Positions 23,015-39,455 of a DNA stretch of 39,455 nt are shown piece by piece. The stretch is from Ministeria vibrans ATCC 50519. Lineage: Eukaryota; Protista; Filasterea. The position numbers were made by a program, and so were the translations under genes. Position 1 is the first letter of the stretch, and every line of letters starts with the position of its first letter. Below the pieces are notes generated by a model. It was not told the origin of the DNA. It saw nothing but the letters and a program-made list of their open reading frames with translations, and did no database searches. Where the stretch lies: assembly GCA_943704425.1 (NCBI GenBank), contig CALSCP010002753.1, positions 1 through 39,455 on the forward strand, written 5' to 3'.

Positions 23015-23973
23015 TCATAAGGCATCATAGTCATCGGCGTCATCGTCATCATCGTCGCCAACAAGCACAGGATCGTCCATGGGCACCGTCTCCATGCGAT
23101 AGACACTGCGCTCTGCCTGGCGCGCACGTCGCTTCAAGTGTGGTACACTCATAGCACTGGACGTTACCACTGTACGACGTGCACTGCCACTGCCACTGCC
23201 ACTGCCACTGCGACTGCTGCCACTAGTGCTTGCAACAGTGGCAGTAGCAGTGGTGGTGGTAGTCGTGGACGCACTGCTCTTCACAATGGGTTTGATGCTG
23301 TTTGACTCGGTGGCACTCTTGCGACGTCGCTTCCTTGGCGAACGTCTCCCACTGCTACTACTTCCACCAACACCACCTCCATCACCGCTCTCCCCATTCT
23401 CATACTCATCTTCACCCTCCTCGTCCTCATCCTCGTCGTCGTCCTCTCCTGAGCCATACGAGTCACAACCCAATTCCACACTCGACGCATCCTCCTCCTC
23501 CACTCTCTCCCTTCTCACACCCATATTCTGAATTCTACAAAAAAAAAAAACCTTAATCACACACATACACACACCTGTCATATCCACATTCAATATACCT
23601 CTCTTCCAGCTCGCGAATCCGGCTCTTCTTTGTGTTGAGCAGATCGGCAAACGATGCCCAAACGGGCATTTTCAGTGCCTTGAGCATTTCGGCCACACGC
23701 CCCGTCTCTTCCACCGCCTCTTTCTTCTGTCGCTCCATCTGGTCCTTTTCTTGTTTCATTGCCGATAATGACTGTCGCAGTCGACTGACAATCACATTAA
23801 TAAGAAAAGGCGTGTTTTTCTCTTTTTCTTCTCTTGCGTCTTACACAACGTTTCGAAACACAGTCGTTAGAAAGGCAGACTTCTTCTCACGCGTCGTCTC
23901 TTGAGTTAGTTTCATAAACCCCGTTCGCACCCAACCACTGACAAACGTCTACACAAGAATATACAATATTATT

Positions 23974-24008
<35 letters not shown>

Positions 24009-24082
24009 TATTATTGTTAATACAATTTTGACAATCATAAAATTATTATAAATATTATGGAAAACACAAACTCTTTACGAGA

Positions 24083-24115
<33 letters not shown>

Positions 24116-24545
24116 TGAAGAAGAAAAATGCAATAATAATAATTGAACTGCTAAGCAAACAATGATATTATAATAATATGTGTGAAACAGAGCTCACTCA
24201 CACAAACAGTACGAGTACCTTCCATTCGAGTCCTAGATGCTCTCCTTGCTTGTCGGGAACACAGTTGACGGCGTACAGGTCGCTTTCCGGAGCGGTTTTT
24301 GAGCTTCGCGTTGCAGAAGCGAAAATGTCGAGCGTTTTCTTGCAAAACTCCTCAGCACTGCGTTTTTCCAGTCGAAAAGGATCCGCGTCGACCGCGTGCG
24401 TATCGCCCGTCCACACATCCTCCCCATCGCTCACTTGCGCGAAGATCCGTTCATTAGAAACCCGCAGAGAGACAAAGAAGACACCGTAAGCATCACTCAG
24501 TTGAGTCATCGCGCTCTGTCCGCCGTCTCCATTATCGATCTGCAT
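23015..24545 (-). CDS. XRCC4: XRCC4-like NHEJ factor, ~378 aa. Exons 24545-24219, 23948-23845, 23784-23599, 23534-23015
   Basis: Head-domain motif VSDGEDVWTG; coiled coil with the ligase IV-binding-region signature FADLLNTKKSRIREL (cf. FILVLNEKKTKIRSL); acidic disordered tail. Exons sum to an open 1137 nt. Confidence 0.78.
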
Positions 24546-24698
24546 CGAAGACCCAGTCAGCGACACAGACCAAATGGCAGACTTGTACGGCAAGGAAGAA
24601 TAATAATTGTGGCGCGAATAAGTCAGATTAAGTCTGCGCGATCAATTAACTTAAAACAAAAGACACAGTCACAAGGCGACCGAGTCAAACCTTTTCTT

Positions 24699-26592
24699 AT
24701 GTTCTTGCGGAAACGCCGCTCGGCCGCTGAAGAATCGCTGATCAAAGCGGTTGAGGCGAGTGATGCAGAGGCGGCCAAAAAGGCCCTTGAAGCCGGTAGA
24801 GTTTCGAAACCATGGCGACCGTCCAATTCTTGCTCTTTCCCCTTTTTCGAATAGGAGCCAACGTCGACATGATTGACGACGAGACCGGCCACACTCCTCT
24901 TGTGCTTGCTGTGGATTTGGAGAAGTCAGAGGTGTGCAAATCAATTGATATACCTTCGAATGACCGCAACGGGTTTAGATGGTACGTTTCTTGCTTGATA
25001 ACGACGCCAGAGTGAACGGGCGCAGTCGAAACTACGCCCTGCCATTGTGCGTGGCAGTCAAGAAGCGCAATCCGCTGATTGCGCGGCTGCTTCTCATGGC
25101 GGGTGCGAGTGTCCACAAGTTCGACTCACACGGCACTCCGTTGCACTATGCCGCTGCCTCAGGCGACTGGCAGTCCCTTCCCTTGCTCCTTCAAGCCGGT
25201 GCTGATCTTGAGAAACCCGCCGCCCGTGGCTTTATGCCCCTGCACTCTGCGGCGTACGCAGGACGTCAGCGCACAACAAGACTCTTACTTGAAGCAGGTT
25301 TGGATTTTGAGGTTTTTGTTTTGATTATAGTTCGGATGTTTTCGTTTTCTTTTTGTTTTGATTATAGTTGCAGTAATTTGTTGTTTTCTTTTTGTTTTTT
25401 TTTATTATAGTTGCAGTAATGTTGTTGTTTTCTTTTTGTTTTGATTATAGTCGCAGTAATGTTGTTGTTTTCTTTTTTTGTAAAACAGGAGCAAATGTAA
25501 ACAGTCTCGACCGTGAAATGTGTACCCCACTTCATCGAGCTATGCGCAAAGGGCGCGTCTCAGTGGTCAAACTTCTACTAAAGGTATAATTATATTATTA
25601 TAATTATTAGCTAACAAAAAAAGCAACAACGATGTCTGTTGTTTAATTTAGAGCGGAGCTGATACTCTTGTGGCGGATATGCGGGGAGAAACAGCACTTG
25701 CGCGTGGACTGCGCTCTTCAAAACACGCCAAAGGTCATTCTGTAGCGCTCATTGGTAAACTATATAAAATAACATCTGACTTTGATTGATTGATTGGTTT
25801 GTATTTTGTTCCCAGAGAGATATTACCGAGAGCAAATTTTGAAACAGACATTGGAAGAACGACATCGAACGCAAAAGAAGATCGAAGAGAGTACCGAGGA
25901 AAAGAAGTCGGAAGAAAAAGACGACGAAAAAGGAAACAGGACCGATTTGCAAACGGAACGGGAGCAGAGAAAACGCAGTATAATGGAGAAGATTGTCGGA
26001 AGATTTGCTGAGAGCAGCGAGCCATTGCCAGTGAGTCCCTGTGCGTGGTGTGCTCGGTAAAAAAAAATCGCTTCTTTAATGCCATAAACGGAAAGTTTTT
26101 TTTTTTAGGCCGTGTTTGAAATTGAGGAAATGTCCACATTGCGGGAAGAGGAAGAGTGATGCTGCTGCTGATGAAGGTGCTGATGAGGGGGCGGGGTATG
26201 TGAAGTACTGTTCGCGAGAGTGTCAGTTGGTTCATTGGGAGTTGGAACATCAATTTAAGTGTGGAAGGCCAAAGAGGAAGAAGACGATGGAAAGGGAGGA
26301 GAAGGAGGTGAAAGAGACATTGTCGGATGCGATGGAGGCGAGCGGAGGGCCGCTGCTGCGTCAATCACCGTCTACGCTGGTTGTGGACGACTCTCTGTTG
26401 GCGCCATCGACTGCTGCGGAGAGTGCACTCAACACGCCAAACTCATCGACGCTCTCAACGACTTTCCCTTCGCTGCCCAAACCGCCGACACGCGAAGAAG
26501 CACTGCTTATTCAGCAACATCACAAGAAGAGCAGGCTGAAACAACACAGCCACACGCACAGTCTATTACCTTCACTCAATGCTAAAGTATAA
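24699..26592 (+). CDS. Ankyrin-repeat plus MYND zinc finger protein, 7 exons
   Basis: Ankyrin repeats (GHTPLVLAV, GTPLHYAAASG, FMPLHSAAYAG, CTPLHRAMRKG) and MYND CAWC...CPHC...YCSRECQLVHWELEHQFKC. Confidence 0.85.
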
Positions 26593-26678
26593 TAATAATA
26601 AACACACAACCTGTACACTAACTCACACCTCGCGTGCGAGTGCTTTCCTCTTCTCTCCCCGTGCCTCTCTCAGTCAAG

Positions 26679-27495
26679 TCAATCCATGACAAAAACACGC
26701 GAGGCAACATCGTATATGGCCCAATCGAGTCCATTGAGTAGGTTTTCGCCCGTGACTGCCGACGACGACATGATTTTCCAGTGGTGCGTTCGAATTGCGT
26801 CTAGTTCGAGTGCGTCCGCAATCTCGTCGAGTCCCAACGCACCCGAAAGGTCTTGCTTGTTGGCGAAAACAAGCAAAGTTGCTCCCGCTAGTCTCTACAG
26901 CAAAAACACCACACAAGTGCAAGTGCACCCAACAACGGATGAGTGTTACACACACTCCCACACACACACACACCACAAAGACACACACACATACACACAC
27001 CACCACCACAAAGGCACACACAGACACACACCACCACAAAGACACTCACACAAACACACCACCACAAAGACACACACACACACACACACACTTACCTCTT
27101 CAACCAGCAACTGAAACAACTCCGCCTTGCAATCGGCCAGACGTCGCCGGTCGGTCGAGTCCACAACCCAGACAATGGCATCCGTTTGCTCGTAGTAGTT
27201 CTTCCAGTACGAGCGCAGACTCTTCTGTCCTCCTGTCAAGCCCAAAATGTGTTGTGTGTGGCGCTCTCTTTCTGCCTCTCAAAACCCTCTTACCAATATC
27301 CCACACGTTGACCGTGAATCCATTGTGCTCCAACGTACGTATGTTGAAGCCGAGCGTGGGGCTGATGGTGTCCGTTGGCTCACCGTTGATCTTCTTCAAA
27401 ATGGTTGTCTTGCCGGCATTGTCCAAGCCCAGCATCAGCAGACGCATCTCCTTCTCCTTCTGTCGAACCTTCTTCAATATAGATAGTAACCCCAT
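26679..27495 (-). CDS. ARL2: ADP-ribosylation factor-like protein 2, 3 coding exons
   Basis: [30 protein letters not shown]...[18 protein letters not shown]...[21 protein letters not shown]...THHW. Confidence 0.96.
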
Positions 27496-27642
27496 ACTGA
27501 AGTTTTGAAGACAAAAAAAAAAAGTGATCATGAATGACCTGAGAGTGAACTGTGAAGTGGGAACTTGGACTTATTAGTTAGATCGTACGTCTTTTCTTCA
27601 AAGTTCGATTTTTTGATTTTCGATAATTATTTTTCTCAAAAG

Positions 27643-33063
<5,421 letters not shown>

Positions 33064-33227
33064 TATGTATTGTGAATTATAGTAAGTTATATCGATAAAA
33101 ATATATTAGTATAAATATTATCATTATTATCAAAGGTTGGTTGATTGTAATCAGGAAGGGAAGAAAGGAAAAAAAGTGTGTCACGCAGTTGAAAGGAAAA
33201 GAAAAGTGTGTGGAAACGGGAAAAGAG

Positions 33228-36365
<3,138 letters not shown>

Positions 36366-36581
36366 AGTCTGCAGGTCCACACGAGATGCTAGTCCACTGG
36401 ATCCACCAGAGACACGAAAAGGCAAGGAAGAGAAATGACTTATCAGTTAATCAATATTCACTATTAAGTTAATCACAAATCCAGTCGATCGAGTCGATGA
36501 ACTTTTTAGTAGTATTATTTTTACATTTCAACGACTTAATCACTTAACAAAAGAGAAGAAAAAAAAAACCCCTTGCTGAAG

Positions 36582-37893
36582 ATGGCGTCGTCGTCACCGT
36601 CACCGTCGTACAACCTGAAGAGTCCTGCTGTGAAGCGCATCCTGCGGGAAGCCGCTGAACTGTGCGAACGGAGCGAAGCTTATTATGCACAGCCACTGGA
36701 GGACAACCTCTTCCACTGGCACTTCACCATTCGAGGTAGGCACGGGGCTGTTGTGTGGCTGCGCTGCAACGCTTGCGTCTATGTCGACTCGTTTTCCCCC
36801 AAAAATCAAAATATGTTCGACATTTTTTTTATAACCTGTCAATGTTCTTTGTGTGGACTTTTCTCGTTGAATCACGCAATATGCGCCCTCTCTTGCCGCG
36901 TGCGGGGTGCTATTGGCACAGAGAGACGGGGCTGTGGGGGCCCACGGGCCGTCTGGTGGGCTCGTCCGGCTGATGTGGCAGCTCAATGCGCACTCACCGC
37001 ACTTCCCGCACTTCCCGCACTTCCCGTGCCCCGTAGGCGTGCCCAAGTCCGATTTTGACGGCGGCATCTACCACGGACGCATTCTGCTGCCCAACGACTA
37101 TCCGTTTAAGCCGCCAAACATCATTTTGCTGACGCCCAATGGGCGTTTTGAGGTGGGCAAGAAGATCTGTCTGAGCATTTCAGCGCACCACCCGGAGCTG
37201 TGGCGCCCGTCGTGGAGTCTGCGCACAGTGCTGCTTGCCATTCGAGCGTTTATGGAGACGGAAGGGGCGGGGGCCATTGGGGCGTTGGACCATCCGGCCA
37301 AGGAGCGGCAGAGACTGGCCAAGCTGTCGGTGCGGTGGAAGTGTCCGACGTGCGACAAGGAAAACGGGGATTTGGTGTTGGCCGAGGGCGACGAAGGGGG
37401 CGCCAGTGTGGCGGAGCCGACTGAGGAAGACCGTGAAATGATGGCGCAAATCAGCTTCAAGGTGAAAGCGCGCGACACAGAGTCAACGAGTGGCGGAGAG
37501 GCCGCGAGTGACGCACAACAGGTAGTCAGTGCGCTCGAAGCGAACGGGGCAACGGTGGACGAAGACGAAGATGATGATGAAGATGAAGAAGCGGCAAGGT
37601 CACCATTGCAAGTGGGGACACCACCGGAAACGCCCACGACCACCACTACCACCACTACTACGACTACGACTACGACTACTCAACCGTCACCTACCACTCC
37701 TGCTTCTCCTGCTACTCCTGCTACTCCTACTACTACTACCACTGTCACTGCTGTTCGCACCCCTCCTGCCCCCCCGTCCGGCGCCAATGTCTGCGTGTCC
37801 ATTCTCGTGTGGCTTTTGGGCGTTGCCTTGGGTCTGCTGTTTATTCGAAGGGCCCTTCGTGATGCTCCTGCTCACGACAATCTTGATCTGTAA
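36582..37893 (+). CDS. UBE2J1: Tail-anchored ER ubiquitin-conjugating enzyme (Ubc6/UBE2J1). Exons 36582-36735, 37037-37893
   Basis: YNLKSPAVKRILREAAEL; GGIYHGRILLPNDYPFKPP; TPNGRFEVGKKICLSISAHHPELWRPSW; C-terminal TM ILVWLLGVALGLLFI. Confidence 0.94.
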
Positions 37894-38058
37894 AGTAAAA
37901 CATAATTAAAACAACCCTATTGACTATCAATAATCAATATTGATCTGTTATTTGATCAAAAAAGATTTCGAAGCTTCGAGAAGTCAATGGCAAGATTTAC
38001 AAGACTGAATAGATTCATTCCAACTCACTTCACTTTTTTTTTCACATAGTTATTAGTT

Positions 38059-39174
38059 ATGTCTCTAGACGACGAATTTGCCAAGTACGTTGAACAAGGC
38101 CACGCCATGTCTTGACACTTGCCCTTGTGTTCTTCCATCTTCATTGTAGGTTCACGCAGGAGCTTGCGTCGCTCGATGAAGGAGATAAAAACGCCCAAGC
38201 GACGAAACCAGCAAAGCCCTCAGGACCGTCTGTGATCAAAGCAGCGCCTACCGTCACTGTCGCTGCCGCTCCACGTGTCGCCAAGGCGCCGGCTGCCCCC
38301 CCAGCGGCGCCTGCAGCGGCCCTTTCGGCTGCGTCGTCGTCCTACACGCCTCCCACGCCAATGCCATCGTCGTGGTCGCAAGTTCCTCCTCCAAGCGCCG
38401 CCGTCTACTCCACCCCCGCCCCCTCAAGCACCCCGCACCCCTGGCTTGCCTATGCCCAGTCGTCGACGCCCTCAGCGGCCCCGATGGGCTCGGCAGGAGC
38501 CGCCAGCGCAAGTTCATCCAAATCCAAACCAGCCAAAACCAAAGGCAAAACTGCTCCTCTCCAAACAGTGCGCCACGGCGGCGGCGAAACATGGGAAGAT
38601 CCCTCCATGACAGAATGGGACCCAAGTAAGAAGAGCAACACTCATAAAAAAGAAGAGAGAGAAAGTATTCATATTATTGTGTGTTTCTCCCTCAGATGAC
38701 TATCGCATTTTCGTCGGAGACATTGACCCGTGCATTGCTGAGCCGGCTCTCATTCGCGCATTCCAACAGTATCCATCCTTCAAGAAGGCCAAATTGATTC
38801 CGCATCGAGTTAACAAAGTCAAAGTAAGTCCTTATTATTATTATCATTGTGTTATATTATTGTATTGTACGATTATTATTCTTTTATTTTGTGTTGATTT
38901 TTTTTTTGTATTTTGACACGATTGTTTTGATGTTTTGTAGAACAGAGGCTTTGGCTTTGTGTCGTTTTCAGATATCAAAGATTATGTTCGAGCAATGCGA
39001 GAAATGAACGGTACGACATCAAAATAGGAATGTTGAATGTTCTGATTAAGTTTGGTTTTCTTCATAGGAAAGTATATTGGAAATCGACCCATTTCACTGC
39101 GAAAAAGCGATTGGAAAGACCGACAGTTGACGGAAGCGAAGAAGAACGGAACGTACCGCAAGCCGAAGAAGTAA
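38059..39174 (+). CDS. RBM42: RNA-binding protein 42-like (RRM), 5 exons
   Basis: GGETWEDPSMTEWDP|NDYRIFVGD...AFQQYPSFKKAK...GFGFVSF...YVRAMREMN|GKYIGNRPISLRKSDWKDR. Confidence 0.92.
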
Positions 39175-39455
39175 ATGAAGAAAAGAGAAAGAGAAGTGTA
39201 CAGTTATTTCTTTCAGATTATCTTTTTGTGCCTCTCGAATTTCTCGAATCTTTGTACGCTTGCTGCGAGAGCGTCTCTGTGGGTCTATGGTCTATGGGAC
39301 AGTGAGTTATGGGTATGAGTGCTTCATTTTATTGGGGCTAGTCTATGGCGGAAGAATTGTATTACTCCTCATTGTATTATAATATTAATAATAATATTAT
39401 ATTTTCCTGTTTTCCTGTTTACGAACTTTTGTCTTTATGTTCCTATCCCCCCCCC

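Overview
Gene-dense, intron-rich eukaryotic genomic DNA (all modelled introns GT-AG, mostly 50-200 nt, many microsatellites, three small N gaps). The gene content suggests a unicellular holozoan such as a choanoflagellate or filasterean; this is an inference. By manual splicing I reconstruct about 19 protein genes: a secreted EGF-repeat protein (truncated by the window edge), a laccase-type multicopper oxidase, a 2-TM ENaC/ERGIC-like protein, a PIX/ARHGEF6-7 RhoGEF, a RING/TRAF-Zn protein, ubiquilin, tropomyosin, an orphan 1-TM protein, MPDU1, SelO-like, CKS1, TIM44, XRCC4, ankyrin-MYND, ARL2, CAMTA, group I PAK, UBE2J1 and RBM42. The most striking structure is that the missing N-terminal helix of the PIX CH domain appears to be encoded by an isolated, phase-compatible exon at 13830-13723. 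That implies a ~4.6-kb first intron nesting three other protein genes (tropomyosin, ubiquilin, RING). The PIX partner PAK, carrying its PIX-binding motif, lies ~20 kb away. A motif-plus-hairpin element recurs in long first introns, and several orphan exon-like segments sit between genes. No rRNA, tRNA, CRISPR array or transposase was recognised. All gene models are hand-derived and need RNA-seq confirmation.
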